Shown: positions 1-9,903 of the stretch, in pieces
Numbering within the stretch: position 1 is the first letter of the stretch
Layout of the letters: every line of letters starts with the position of its first letter
Assembly (NCBI GenBank): GCA_031422435.1
Contig: JANPLU010000059.1
Location: 1-23,539 of the forward strand
From: Acaryochloridaceae cyanobacterium VAR_48_metabat_390
GTDB lineage: Bacteria > Cyanobacteriota > Cyanobacteriia > Thermosynechococcales > Thermosynechococcaceae
Length of the DNA: 23,539 nt
Reading direction: 5' to 3'
The notes under the pieces: model-generated
Seen by the model: only the letters and a program-made list of their open reading frames with translations
What the model was told of the DNA's origin: nothing
The model's database searches: none
Position numbers and translations under genes: made by a program

Positions 1-106
1 GGCGGCGCATGTGGTCAAAAGTAACAGAGAGACCCTGCCCAATATACTTGGCGGCTTGGACGCTCTCTTTAGCGTAGTCTCCCACCTTATTCAAAAACTT
101 CAGCAT
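1..106 (-). CDS. ndhI: NAD(P)H-quinone oxidoreductase (NDH-1) subunit I, 5' part only; runs off the window
   Basis: Manual translation from ATG at 106 gives [35 protein letters not shown], the typical cyanobacterial NdhI N-terminus. It lies directly downstream of ndhA. Confidence 0.93.
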   Translation of the reverse strand, partial: MLKFLNKVGDYAKESVQAAKYIGQGLSVTFDHMRR

Positions 107-160
107 TCTGGATGTTCTCCAATCATTGAGTGCACCGCATAGACAGAAAGTTGGGCAATT

Positions 161-1279
161 CTACCCACCAAAGGCAAAGGGGAAGGTTAATTTAAGACCT
201 GCCGTAATGAGCAGGTTGGCTAAGCCGACGGGCAGCAAGAACTTCCAGCCGAGATCTAAAAGCTGATCAATCCGCACCCGTGGCACCGTCCAGCGCAGCA
301 AAATTGCCAGAAAGACGAAAAAGTAGGCTTTGAGCAATGTCATGGTAATGCCCAAAGATGCCGTCACGACCTGAAAAATGACGTTACTGGGGTCGATATG
401 AAGCAGGTTAGCGACAACATCCAGAGGAATGGGAAAGTCCCAGCCGCCAAAGTAAAGTACCGCAACTAGCAATGCCGATAGCACTAGGTTAACGTAGGAT
501 CCCAGATAAAAGAGCGCAAACTTCATGCCAGAGTATTCGGTTTGATACCCTGCCACAATTTCTTCTTCAGCTTCAGGTAAATCAAAGGGAATCCGTTCGC
601 ATTCCGCCAACGCCGAGATCCAAAACAGCAGCAAGCCTACAGGCTGTCGCCAGACATTCCAGCCGAGAATGCCGTAGCCAGACTGCTGCTCAACAATATC
701 CACTGTGCTAAGGCTATTGGACATCATCACGATCGCCAAGACCGCCAATGCCAATGGAATTTCGTAGCTAATAGACTGAGCCGCAGCCCGTAGCCCACCC
801 AGCAGCGCATATTTGTTGTTAGAAGAATACCCCGCCATCAGCAGGCCAATAGGCACAATACTCGAAAGCGCCACCCATAAAAACACGCCCAGACCGACGT
901 TAGAGACCAGCAGGTCTTCGCCGAAGGGGACAATGAGGTAAGACAAAAAGACTGGAATCACGACGATCGCAGGGCCAAGGGTGAACAGCCAAGGGTCGGC
1001 GTTGGCAGGTACCACATCTTCTTTGAAGACGAGCTTAATGCCGTCAGCTACCGGAGCCAAAATGCCGAGAGGGCCAATAAACTCAGGGCCAATCCGCTGC
1101 TGGACGGCAGCGGAAATTTTGCGCTCTAGCCAGACGGACACTAGCACACCCACGGTTGCCCCAAATATCATGAGGAGCATGGGGACGGGCATCCAGATTG
1201 CCTTGGCAGCACCACCTGGTAATCCAAAACTGGTTAAAGATTCGATAAAGCGTTGTTGAAGGTCAATCCCTGGGTTCAT
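161..1279 (-). CDS. ndhA: NDH-1 subunit A (NuoH homologue), 372 aa
   Basis: Motifs [50 protein letters not shown] and RVRIDQLL; multi-TM. Start moved to MNPGIDLQ (ATG 1279), which resembles the usual cyanobacterial start; the track start at 1324 is probably too long. Confidence 0.97.
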   Translation of the reverse strand: MNPGIDLQQRFIESLTSFGLPGGAAKAIWMPVPMLLMIFGATVGVLVSVWLERKISAAVQQRIGPEFIGPLGILAPVADGIKLVFKEDVVPANADPWLFTLGPAIVVIPVFLSYLIVPFGEDLLVSNVGLGVFLWVALSSIVPIGLLMAGYSSNNKYALLGGLRAAAQSISYEIPLALAVLAIVMMSNSLSTVDIVEQQSGYGILGWNVWRQPVGLLLFWISALAECERIPFDLPEAEEEIVAGYQTEYSGMKFALFYLGSYVNLVLSALLVAVLYFGGWDFPIPLDVVANLLHIDPSNVIFQVVTASLGITMTLLKAYFFVFLAILLRWTVPRVRIDQLLDLGWKFLLPVGLANLLITAGLKLTFPFAFGG

Positions 1280-1445
1280 GGTTCTCGACTTAGGTTCAAC
1301 AGAACTGGCAGGGCTTTGCCCCATAACAGTATATCTATAGTGCGTTCGTCAGAACGTTCGTCTAGGGGAAACTCTAGAATTGAATTTCTCTTGGGTGGTC
1401 ATTCAAAAACGCAGGCCAAAACACAGGGCGTTTAAGTGACAAAGG

Positions 1446-2585
1446 CTACGAACGTTTTTCGATGGGGATAAAGGGCTGGTGATGCTGACCCACATAAACC
1501 TGAGTGGGTCGATAAATCCGGTTGGTTTCGAGCTGTTCTTTCCAGTGGGCTAGCCAGCCCGCTACACGGGCGATCGCAAAAATGGGCGTAAACAAGTCCG
1601 TCGGAATCCCAAAGCGGCGATAGATCAGCCCTGAGTAAAAGTCTACGTTGGGGTAAATGCCTTTGTGGCCTAACCGATCAGCCAAAACGGTTTCGAGTTC
1701 ACGGGCAATATCGTAATCGCGATCGCTGCCGTAGCGCTCTACCATTTCATCCACCAGCTTTTGCAGAATGGTAGCGCGTGGATCCTTGACTTTATAGACT
1801 CGGTGCCCAAACCCCATAAATTTCGCCTTGCGCGCGATTCGCGCGTCTACATAGGGCACCACATTTTCAATCGAGCCAATTTCCTCTAGCATGGCAATCA
1901 CTTCTTCATTGGCACCGCCGTGGAGAGGGCCGCCCAACGTCCCCACCGCAGACGCAACAATCGCGTAGGGGTCGGTGAGGGTAGAGGCCGTCACCCGTGC
2001 CGAGAACGTGGAGGCATTCATAGTGTGTTCCGCATGAAGAATGAGGCACACGTCAAAAATATGGGCAATAAACGGGTCAGGCTGCTGCTCACTGAGCATG
2101 TACAAAAAATTATCGGCGTAATTTAGGTCATCTCTGGGCGTAACGGGGTCGTTGCCCTTGCGGATATGCTGAAACGCCGTCACCATGGTCGGAATTTTTG
2201 CCAGCAGTCGCACCACCGCCGCTCGGATATAGGCCGGGTCTTCTAAATTCCGTCGTGAGTAAAACAGCCCCAACGCCGCCGCAGAAGCCTGAAGCGCATC
2301 CATCGGATGACCACTTTCAGGAAAGCACTTCATCATGTCGCGGATGCGATACTTAATGCGGCGATGATAGGTGATTTCGTGTTCAAAGGCTTCTAGTTCT
2401 GCTGTCGTTGGGAGCTGCCCCCAAATTAGCAGGTAGGCTGTCTCGACAAAGCTGCTGTGGCTGGCAAGTTCTTCAATGGCAACCCCGCGATACTCAAGGA
2501 TGCCTTCTTGCCCGTTGACATAGCTGACCTGAGACTGAGCGGCTGGAACGCCTTCTAAACCAGGTTGATACTCACAAACTGCCAT
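1446..2585 (-). CDS. gltA: Citrate synthase
   Basis: Motifs PGLEGV, GHPMD, LHAEHTMNASTF, GPLHGGANE, MGFGHRVYK and YPNVDFYSG, including the catalytic His/His/Asp. Confidence 0.97.
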   Translation of the reverse strand: MAVCEYQPGLEGVPAAQSQVSYVNGQEGILEYRGVAIEELASHSSFVETAYLLIWGQLPTTAELEAFEHEITYHRRIKYRIRDMMKCFPESGHPMDALQASAAALGLFYSRRNLEDPAYIRAAVVRLLAKIPTMVTAFQHIRKGNDPVTPRDDLNYADNFLYMLSEQQPDPFIAHIFDVCLILHAEHTMNASTFSARVTASTLTDPYAIVASAVGTLGGPLHGGANEEVIAMLEEIGSIENVVPYVDARIARKAKFMGFGHRVYKVKDPRATILQKLVDEMVERYGSDRDYDIARELETVLADRLGHKGIYPNVDFYSGLIYRRFGIPTDLFTPIFAIARVAGWLAHWKEQLETNRIYRPTQVYVGQHHQPFIPIEKRS

Positions 2586-2642
2586 AGTTCATCTCGATAA
2601 AGGGTGAACCGCACGTTGACTGCTGCGGCTACTGCTACTCTT

Positions 2643-3158
2643 TTACGACAAAAGTAACAGTCTTGGCGGTGTCAACCAAAACAGAATGCTATTTCCAATG
2701 GGATCAATTTCGTCAGGTATTTCGATACCGATAATGCCTGCCTTTTTAAGCTGAAGAACGCCTTTGACATCACCCCAAAGCAATAGCTCTGCCCACTGGC
2801 TTAGGTCTGGCTCGTGTCCTACCAGGGCTAGTACGTTAGGTCTGGCACCACTACCACTTTGCCGCCAAGTAGTAAACCACTCCAGCCAATTTGCAAAAGA
2901 ACCCATCGGCGCAAGATGCTCAGTAACCGTTAAATGAGGGGCTAGGTTGGCACTTAGCAGAATCTCGGCAGTCTGACGCGCCCGAACCAGGGGACTGGTC
3001 AAAATTTCATCAAAGGCTAAGCTTAGGGCGCTCAATTGCTGGGCGATCGCCTTGGTTTTGGCACGCCCTTTGGCGGTGAGAGGGCGATCCTGATCGTTCT
3101 CATACGCCTCCGGCTCTGCCGCAATGCCGTGACGGATCAAGTAAATCTGTGTGGGCAT
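2643..3158 (-). CDS. sixA: Phosphohistidine phosphatase SixA
   Basis: Motifs YLIRHG, DRPLT, TSPLVRARQTA and LVGHEPDL; 171 aa; immediately upstream of gltA. Confidence 0.9.
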   Translation of the reverse strand: MPTQIYLIRHGIAAEPEAYENDQDRPLTAKGRAKTKAIAQQLSALSLAFDEILTSPLVRARQTAEILLSANLAPHLTVTEHLAPMGSFANWLEWFTTWRQSGSGARPNVLALVGHEPDLSQWAELLLWGDVKGVLQLKKAGIIGIEIPDEIDPIGNSILFWLTPPRLLLLS

Positions 3159-3219
3159 AGTTGAGTTCCTTTGCGGTCGTTTATTCTAAAGCAGACGGAT
3201 ACGGTAGCGTCTTGATGGC

Positions 3220-3519
3220 CTAATCCCAGTCTTCTTTTTTGTTCGAGCGTACCGTATAGATTGGCTCACGGGCATGAATCTCCCGCGTTTTTTCGTAAAG
3301 TGCGTCTTCCGTCAGCTTCCAACGCTTCAGCGTTTTTTCTAAATCGGCTTGGATATCGCGTCCGCCAGGGAACCCGCGATATCGCACCATCATGCGGGCA
3401 AGTTCGGCTAGGTTAAAATCTGTGGCCTCTCCGGCTAAAAGCTGATTTACCACCTGGCGATCGGATGACCATTGAGGATGCTGCTGCTCTTTAGGTGTTT
3501 TGCCCGTTGCGTCAGCCAT
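3220..3519 (-). CDS. Conserved cyanobacterial protein, DUF3288-like
   Basis: Segments EQQHPQ..DR, NLAELAR...RYRGFPG..DIQ.DL and W.LTE..L...TR.IH, recognised from memory of this family. Confidence 0.8.
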   Translation of the reverse strand: MADATGKTPKEQQHPQWSSDRQVVNQLLAGEATDFNLAELARMMVRYRGFPGGRDIQADLEKTLKRWKLTEDALYEKTREIHAREPIYTVRSNKKEDWD

Positions 3520-3721
3520 ATTTTTGTTGTAGCGCCCCGTGATGGATCGATTTGATTATCGCACTGCTGCTTTAAACCGCCACAGATGCTCAATATTTTG
3601 CCAATATCTCAAAACGCTGACAAAAGCCCAACTTAGATTGTTCCACGAGACAAAGTGAGGGCATCTTAAGTGAAATGCCTAAATAAAATTATTCATACTT
3701 TAGAGCATGGGGGGAGCGAGG

Positions 3722-4903
3722 ATGTCTGAATTCCAGGCGGGGCAGCTATTGAGCGTGCTTCAGCAATTTCATAGTGAACAGTTTACGGGAGTCGTCTCTG
3801 TACAGGTCACAGGAGATATCGCCTCGAGTCGCCGATCGCGGGTTTTGGCTTTTTGGCAAGGGATGCTCACTTTTGTAGGCAAGGAATTGCCTGAGCCAGA
3901 AGCGTTAGCGCAGTTAATTAAGCAAAAGCTGAATATTGCTCACATTGATGGGGCGCTCAAGATTAGTGCGAGCCGAGTCAAAAATAAAGCCTCCGTCCGC
4001 GAACTGCTGGAGTTTATTAGTCGGTTCGGCATTTTTAAGTGGGAAGACCTAGAGGCGGTGCTTAAGCAGAGTGCAGTGCTAGAGCTAGAGCAGCTTTTGC
4101 CTTGCTCAGGCACCATCAGCACCGTAACAGACGTTCCATTTGACCTCAATTATAGCGACGATCAGCACGGGTTTAGCTGGGACTATCTTCGACAGACGCT
4201 TGCCCAGCGTCAGCGTTCATGGTCAATTTTGTCCTCTTCAGGAATTTCGCTGAATGCAGTGCCGCTACGTCCAGCCGGAAATGTTGCGGCGATACCGGAG
4301 CCTGTCCGCCGTCATCTTGATCAGTATGTTGATGATCGGCGATCGCTAGGCGACATTGCCACACAGCTCGACAAAGATCCTTTGACCTTAGCCAAGCATT
4401 ACTTAGAGTGCGTTCAAAAGGGCTGGCTCATGTTTGAAGAAGCGGCAGCGGCAGCGGCAGCAGCGTCTGCTTCTCCTTTGCCCTCAGCACCCAAAAAAAT
4501 AGAGAAACCCCTTACCGCGTCAAAAGAGCTGCCCATCATTTTAAGTGTGGACGATAGCCCCATTGTGCAAACCATGATCAAGCGGGCAATTAGTGATCGC
4601 TATCAGGTATTGCTTGCCAACAGTGCTGTAAATGCCCTCAACCTGCTCAACAGTCACACCATCGGTCTGCTGCTGCTGGATGTGACCATGCCAGACATTG
4701 ACGGTCTAGAGCTATGTCGCACTATCCGCAGCATCAGTAAATTTCGGGATCTGCCCGTCATTATGCTGACGGCTAAGGATGGACTCCTGGATAAGGTAAA
4801 GGGTCAGTTTGCGGGGTCAACCCACTACCTAACCAAGCCCATTGATCGGGAAAAACTGCTGCCGGTCATTGAAAAATACCTGCCGTCTAAAGCAATGGCT
4901 TAA
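3722..4903 (+). CDS. PatA-family response regulator (PATAN/DUF4388-like N-domain, HTH-like linker, C-terminal receiver)
   Basis: C-terminal REC: LSVDDS, LLLLD(phosphoacceptor)VTMPDIDG, MLTA, YLTKP. N-terminal QFTGVVSV...FWQG strand pattern typical of PATAN. GGGAG precedes ATG 3722; alternative start 3707. Confidence 0.8.
   Translation: MSEFQAGQLLSVLQQFHSEQFTGVVSVQVTGDIASSRRSRVLAFWQGMLTFVGKELPEPEALAQLIKQKLNIAHIDGALKISASRVKNKASVRELLEFISRFGIFKWEDLEAVLKQSAVLELEQLLPCSGTISTVTDVPFDLNYSDDQHGFSWDYLRQTLAQRQRSWSILSSSGISLNAVPLRPAGNVAAIPEPVRRHLDQYVDDRRSLGDIATQLDKDPLTLAKHYLECVQKGWLMFEEAAAAAAAASASPLPSAPKKIEKPLTASKELPIILSVDDSPIVQTMIKRAISDRYQVLLANSAVNALNLLNSHTIGLLLLDVTMPDIDGLELCRTIRSISKFRDLPVIMLTAKDGLLDKVKGQFAGSTHYLTKPIDREKLLPVIEKYLPSKAMA
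4442..4465 (+). repeat. In-frame (GCGGCA)3-GCA-GCG simple repeat encoding Ala8 in the response-regulator linker
   Basis: Sequence gcggcagcggcagcggcagcagcg read directly. Confidence 0.8.
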
Positions 4904-4956
4904 TTCTGCAAGATTGTGAAGCGCATTTTTATGAATTTAACCGATGTAAGCCCCCT

Positions 4957-6024
4957 ATGAACCCATCGTATTTAGTATTCAAACTGCGGGATTTGAATTA
5001 CGGCATTAAAGTTTCTCACGTCCGTGAAATCTTTGCGTTGCCAGAGTTGATGCCTGCCCCAGAGGCACCGAGCGACATTATTGGACTGCTGAACCTGCGG
5101 GGCAAAATTTTGCCCATTATGCATCTAGATCGACGGTTGGGTCAGGCACTCAGCCCTTGCTGCCTGAATGATCGCGTCATTGTGGTGGAGTGGCAGGGGC
5201 TTCAGGTGGGGGTAGTGGTCAACCAAGTGGAAGAGGTCTGTACCCTGGATGCCACCGCCATTGACATCGATGTCTCCTACGGTCGAGAACACACCATCAG
5301 CACCGCCTTTTTGCAGGGCATTGCCAAGGGTGAGTCAGACCTACCGCTGCTGCTGCTCAATCCAGACACCCTTCTACGACAAGCAGAAGACGTTGCAATG
5401 CTGGCCTGGGAAGCGGAACTCGACCATTTAACCCATGGGGCGGCGGTCATTGACTTTAATCCTCGGCTCCTCACGCCTAATGCCTTTTATGAGCTGTACT
5501 GCCCAGAGGCTTCTGGAGCAGAGCGAGCGACCTTTCGAGAACGGGCGGAGGTGCTGGGGCGATCGCCAGAAAATGTAGAAGCCGAAGACCTGCTGGCGAT
5601 CGCCGTAGTGAAAGTAGAAGGCGAATATTTTGGCATTAGCCTAGACACCGTGCGGGAATTTATTACGGTGCCCAAGGTTAGCCCCATTCCCTGCTGCCCA
5701 GACCACATTGTGGGCAATACCAACCTACGGGGCGAGGTGGTGCTGCTGCTGGATATCCGCAGTACCCTCAATTTGCCAAAGGCCGTCAAACGACCCATTT
5801 CCAAGGCCGTCATTCTTCAGATTGGGGACATCGCTGCTGGAATAACCGTAGATGAAGTGTGTGACATTCTGTTTCTGCACACCTCAGAACTCGCGCCGCT
5901 GCCCGCTGCTCTTCAGGGGAGCGCTGCATTTCGGAACGGAACCTATCAGTACTGTGAAACCCTACTGAGCGTGTTAAACGTGCCCAACGTGCTGTCTGCT
6001 CAGCAGGTGAGGGTGCCGATGTGA
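4957..6024 (+). CDS. cheW: Chemotaxis coupling protein with two tandem CheW domains
   Basis: Two CheW signatures: IIGLLNLRGKILPIMHL...VGVVVNQVEEV and IVGNTNLRGEVVLLLDI...AGITVDEVCDI. Confidence 0.9.
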   Translation: MNPSYLVFKLRDLNYGIKVSHVREIFALPELMPAPEAPSDIIGLLNLRGKILPIMHLDRRLGQALSPCCLNDRVIVVEWQGLQVGVVVNQVEEVCTLDATAIDIDVSYGREHTISTAFLQGIAKGESDLPLLLLNPDTLLRQAEDVAMLAWEAELDHLTHGAAVIDFNPRLLTPNAFYELYCPEASGAERATFRERAEVLGRSPENVEAEDLLAIAVVKVEGEYFGISLDTVREFITVPKVSPIPCCPDHIVGNTNLRGEVVLLLDIRSTLNLPKAVKRPISKAVILQIGDIAAGITVDEVCDILFLHTSELAPLPAALQGSAAFRNGTYQYCETLLSVLNVPNVLSAQQVRVPM

Positions 6025-6094
6025 GTCGCTGCTGCCCTAGATCGGCATTTGAAGTATTGAATTCATTTAACCTATTTAACCTGGAGAGATAACC

Positions 6095-7453
6095 ATGAAA
6101 ATTACGAACCGTTTACGCGCGACCGTTTTGGGCTTAGCCGCTTTAGCGGTGGGCAATTTAGTCTTTTTAGACAGCAATATCAGCGGTCTAAAGCAGGATG
6201 GTCGGGTCGTAAACTATTCTGGGATTGTACGGGGGGGAACCCAGCGCCTCGTAAAGCTAGAAACTGCCCAAAAACAAAGCGATAAGCTAACTCAAAAACT
6301 CAACGGCATTATCAATGGTCTCATTCGGGGTGACCAGGCGCTAGACCTTCCGGCGGCGGTGGATCCGCAGTTCTTAGCAAAAATGCAGGAGGTCGAAACA
6401 GCTTGGGGCAAACTGAAAAAGACCATTGCCGCCTACCGCACCAATCCTAAGCTCGAAGGCGCTCTGATTGCGGAAAGCGAAAAGTATTTTGACCTTACCA
6501 ACGAAGCCGTATCCGCCGCCGAAAAAGTCTCGACAGATAATGTCCAGGAGGTGCGTCAGATTCAGCTTGCGGTGTTGGGGCTGAGCTTAGGGGTCTTGGT
6601 TTTAACCTGGTTTATGATTCGCAGTATTGCCGCTGCCCTCGATAACACCACCAGCGCCGTTGCAGATAGCTCGATTCAAATTGCCTCGGCGGTAGAGCAG
6701 CAGGAACGCTACCTTTCAGAACAGGCCGAATCGGTGAATGAAACCACCGCCACCATTGAAGAGCTGGGGGCTTCGTCTCGACAGGCCGCTATGCAGGCAG
6801 AAGCCTCTGCCTCTGGTGCCCAGCAGGCGCTGCTGCTCTCTGAAGACGGGTCAAAATCGGTGTCACGCACCATGGAAGGGATCGGTAACCTGCGCGATAA
6901 AGTGGGGGCGATCGCCGATAACATCATGCAGCTCAGTGAGCAGACGGCTCAAATTGCCTCAATTTCTGACCTAGTGGCAGATATTGCGAACCAAACCAAT
7001 ATGCTGTCCCTCAATGCCGCCGTAGAAGCCGCCCGCGCCGGAGAACACGGCAAAGGCTTCGCGGTCGTGGCGGGGGAAGTCCGCAAGCTGGCGGATCAGA
7101 GTAAAAAGTCTGCTGAAAAGATTAATGTCCTGGTCGCAGAAATTCAGACCTCTATCAACAGCACGGTCATGGTGACGGATGAAGGCACCAAAACCGCTGT
7201 AGAAGGCATTCAGCTTGCCGTCGAAACCGCCCACTCCTTTGAAGGCATTGCGAAGGCCATTAATGACGTGTTCTCCAACAGTCAGCAAATTGTTATGAGT
7301 GCTAAGCAGCAGGCCGTCTCTGTGCAGCAGGTCGTCTCTGCCATGAATGCCATCAATATGGGGTCTCAAGATACTGCGGCAGGGGTGGTTGAGGTTAAAT
7401 CTGCAACCCACGAGCTAGCCTCTACGGCTCAACAGCTCAAGGCAATGGTCTAG
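6095..7453 (+). CDS. Methyl-accepting chemotaxis protein with PilJ/NarX-like periplasmic four-helix sensor
   Basis: Two TM segments flank a ~130-aa sensor. Signalling hairpin IANQTNMLSLNAAVEAARAGEHGKGFAVVAGEVRKLA. RBS GGAG upstream. Confidence 0.93.
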   Translation: MKITNRLRATVLGLAALAVGNLVFLDSNISGLKQDGRVVNYSGIVRGGTQRLVKLETAQKQSDKLTQKLNGIINGLIRGDQALDLPAAVDPQFLAKMQEVETAWGKLKKTIAAYRTNPKLEGALIAESEKYFDLTNEAVSAAEKVSTDNVQEVRQIQLAVLGLSLGVLVLTWFMIRSIAAALDNTTSAVADSSIQIASAVEQQERYLSEQAESVNETTATIEELGASSRQAAMQAEASASGAQQALLLSEDGSKSVSRTMEGIGNLRDKVGAIADNIMQLSEQTAQIASISDLVADIANQTNMLSLNAAVEAARAGEHGKGFAVVAGEVRKLADQSKKSAEKINVLVAEIQTSINSTVMVTDEGTKTAVEGIQLAVETAHSFEGIAKAINDVFSNSQQIVMSAKQQAVSVQQVVSAMNAINMGSQDTAAGVVEVKSATHELASTAQQLKAMV

Positions 7454-7536
7454 AACCCCAGACTTTTAGACTGTTTAGCCTCGGCAACAGCAGTCTCCCC
7501 ACGTTTTTATCCCATTACCCATGATGAACGGAAGCC

Positions 7537-9903
7537 ATGTTCATTGAAGATGAAGAACTGCGGACGCTTTACAAAGTTTCCAGCACAGAACATATTGACA
7601 CCATTGAATTGGGTCTGATTCAGCTCGAAAAATTCCCCCATGACCCCAGCCCCCTGAATGCTTTGCTGCGCGGCACCCATTCTCTTAAGGGAGATTCCCG
7701 AATGTTGGGAGTGCAGGAGGCTGAAGCCATTGTGCATCAGATGGAAGACGTACTGAGCGCCGTGAATGCCGGACAGCAGCCCGTTACCCCTCAGCTTTGC
7801 GATCGCCTCTACAAAGGGCTAGATGCCGTCCGCAAAATTGCTAAAGAAGCTACCACCGGAGAACCCTCCGGTATCAGCACCTTTCATATCATGGCGCTGC
7901 TCATGGGCGCTGAGGAAGAAGCCTCTACTGCACCGATGGAAACGGCATTTCCCCTCGCCCTAGACCCCACTTTGGAGGAGAGCCTAGCCGACCTAGAGGA
8001 ACTGTTTTCGATTCCGGAATCGTCGAATCCAGGGGCAAGTTATGGTGAGCCAGCAGCCCTCGTCCACTTCCGGCAGGATCTTCTACCCTCAGAGCCTGAA
8101 GCTAAACCCCTGCTGATTGAAAACGCCTTGCAGCCAGAACCCCTACCAGCAGAAACCTTTCAGCTCGACACCCTTCGCGTCGAGTCGGCTAAACTTGACA
8201 CCCTCATGACCCAGGCCGATGAACTCGCCGTAACCAAGCGACAAATCGCCTACCGTCTAGAAGACCTTGCCGAACTGGTCAGCCTGTGGGAAGACTGGAA
8301 CCGAGAGATAGGTACCCAGGCTTTGGAGGCAAAGGAGACAACCACTTCCCAACCGTTTTATCAGCAGACAACCCAACGCCTAGCCCACATGGGTCAGCGG
8401 CTTCAGCAGCTCCAAAGCACCACTGCCGACGATACGGCTCGCCTCGAAACCGTCGCCTACGAGCTAGAAAACGGCATTCGCAACCTCAGAATGCTGCCGC
8501 TCTCCAGCATCTTCAATCTGTTTCCTCGGATGGTGCGTGACCTAGGGCAACAGCAGGCTAAAATCATCAACTTTGTGATTGAGGGAGACAACCTGCTAGC
8601 GGATAAACGTATTCTCGAAACCATCAAAGATCCCCTCACCCACCTGCTGCGAAATGCGATCGATCACGGCCTTGAAACGCCTTTAGAGCGACGAGCAGCC
8701 CATAAAGCTGAAGCCGCCACACTGCGGTTACGAGGCGTTCAGCGGGGGAGCCAGATCTGCCTCGAAATTAGTGATGACGGTCGCGGCTTAGACCTAAACG
8801 CTATTCGCAAAACGGCGATCCGCCGAGGACTTCATACTGAGGCCGAACTGACGCACATGTCCTCTGCACAAATTCAGGCGCTCATTTTTGCCCCTGGATT
8901 CTCCACTCGTGACACCGTTACCGAAATTTCGGGCCGTGGGATGGGTCTAGACGTGGTGCGTGCCAACGTAGAACGCCTTAAAGGTGAAGTTCAGGTTGAG
9001 TCTGTCCCTGGTCAGGGCTGCACCTTCTGCCTCACCCTGAGTACCAACCTGGCCTCAACTCAGGCTCTCATTGTGGCAGTTCACCAAACCCCTTATGCCC
9101 TTTCCCTAGAAGCCATCGAAACCCTTCAGATGGTTCCTCGTGAAGCCATTTTTTCTTTGGAAGGTAGCCTTACCATTCAGTGGCAGGGTAAACCCGTCTC
9201 GGTGGCGTGGCTGTCCGACCTCCTCGACCTGCCGATGGACTCACCCCTGTCGCCCCGAGCCATCTATACCCAAGCTAAACTTATTCCCTGCGTCATCCTC
9301 CGCCAGGGTGCTAACTACCTTGGCGTACTGGTAGATGCGCTGCTCGATCAGCAGCAGATTGTGGTCAAACCCCATAGTAAACTCCTCTCCCACATCCGCA
9401 ATATTGCTGGAGCCAGCATTTTAGCCAGCGGCGAAGTCTGTATGGTACTCAGCCCTCAGGATTTATTTAAGTCTGTCGGGGCAGGGCTGCTCCCCACGGG
9501 TATCCACAGCAGTGCAGAGTCAGTGCATAGAGCGCCAAAGATCCTGCTGGTCGAAGACTCCATACCCATCCGCACCCAGATGAAGCGGATTTTAGAAGGA
9601 GCAGGCTATGAAGTTACCGCAGCGGTGGATGGTCTAGACGGGTTTGATAAACTTCAGACCAGCACCTTTGACGCAATGGTTTCGGATGTAGAAATGCCCA
9701 ACCTGACGGGGTTAGAGCTTACCCGTCAAGTTCGAGAATGCGCGGCGTACGACAAGCTACCCATTGTTTTAGTCACCACTCTAGCCCAGGCAGAAGACCA
9801 GCGCAGAGGAGCCGATGCGGGAGCCAATGCCTACATCACCAAAGGTGATTTTGATCAAAGTTTGCTTTTAAACACCCTTAGGAGACTCATTGCATCATGT
9901 TAA
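7537..9903 (+). CDS. cheA: Hybrid CheA-like histidine kinase (HPt, dimerisation, HATPase, CheW, REC)
   Basis: HPt RGTHSLKG; N box HLLRNAIDHG; G1 DDGRG; F box IFAPGFST; G2 SGRGMGLDVV; CheW domain; C-terminal REC LVEDS...SDVEMP...YITK. Confidence 0.95.
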   Translation: MFIEDEELRTLYKVSSTEHIDTIELGLIQLEKFPHDPSPLNALLRGTHSLKGDSRMLGVQEAEAIVHQMEDVLSAVNAGQQPVTPQLCDRLYKGLDAVRKIAKEATTGEPSGISTFHIMALLMGAEEEASTAPMETAFPLALDPTLEESLADLEELFSIPESSNPGASYGEPAALVHFRQDLLPSEPEAKPLLIENALQPEPLPAETFQLDTLRVESAKLDTLMTQADELAVTKRQIAYRLEDLAELVSLWEDWNREIGTQALEAKETTTSQPFYQQTTQRLAHMGQRLQQLQSTTADDTARLETVAYELENGIRNLRMLPLSSIFNLFPRMVRDLGQQQAKIINFVIEGDNLLADKRILETIKDPLTHLLRNAIDHGLETPLERRAAHKAEAATLRLRGVQRGSQICLEISDDGRGLDLNAIRKTAIRRGLHTEAELTHMSSAQIQALIFAPGFSTRDTVTEISGRGMGLDVVRANVERLKGEVQVESVPGQGCTFCLTLSTNLASTQALIVAVHQTPYALSLEAIETLQMVPREAIFSLEGSLTIQWQGKPVSVAWLSDLLDLPMDSPLSPRAIYTQAKLIPCVILRQGANYLGVLVDALLDQQQIVVKPHSKLLSHIRNIAGASILASGEVCMVLSPQDLFKSVGAGLLPTGIHSSAESVHRAPKILLVEDSIPIRTQMKRILEGAGYEVTAAVDGLDGFDKLQTSTFDAMVSDVEMPNLTGLELTRQVRECAAYDKLPIVLVTTLAQAEDQRRGADAGANAYITKGDFDQSLLLNTLRRLIASC

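Noticed and set aside
2643..3158. SixA as a dedicated phosphatase for the neighbouring CheA HPt domain
   Set aside because: sixA sits in the sixA-gltA-ndhA-ndhI run, which I recall as a common cyanobacterial arrangement independent of chemotaxis genes. Proximity is probably coincidental.
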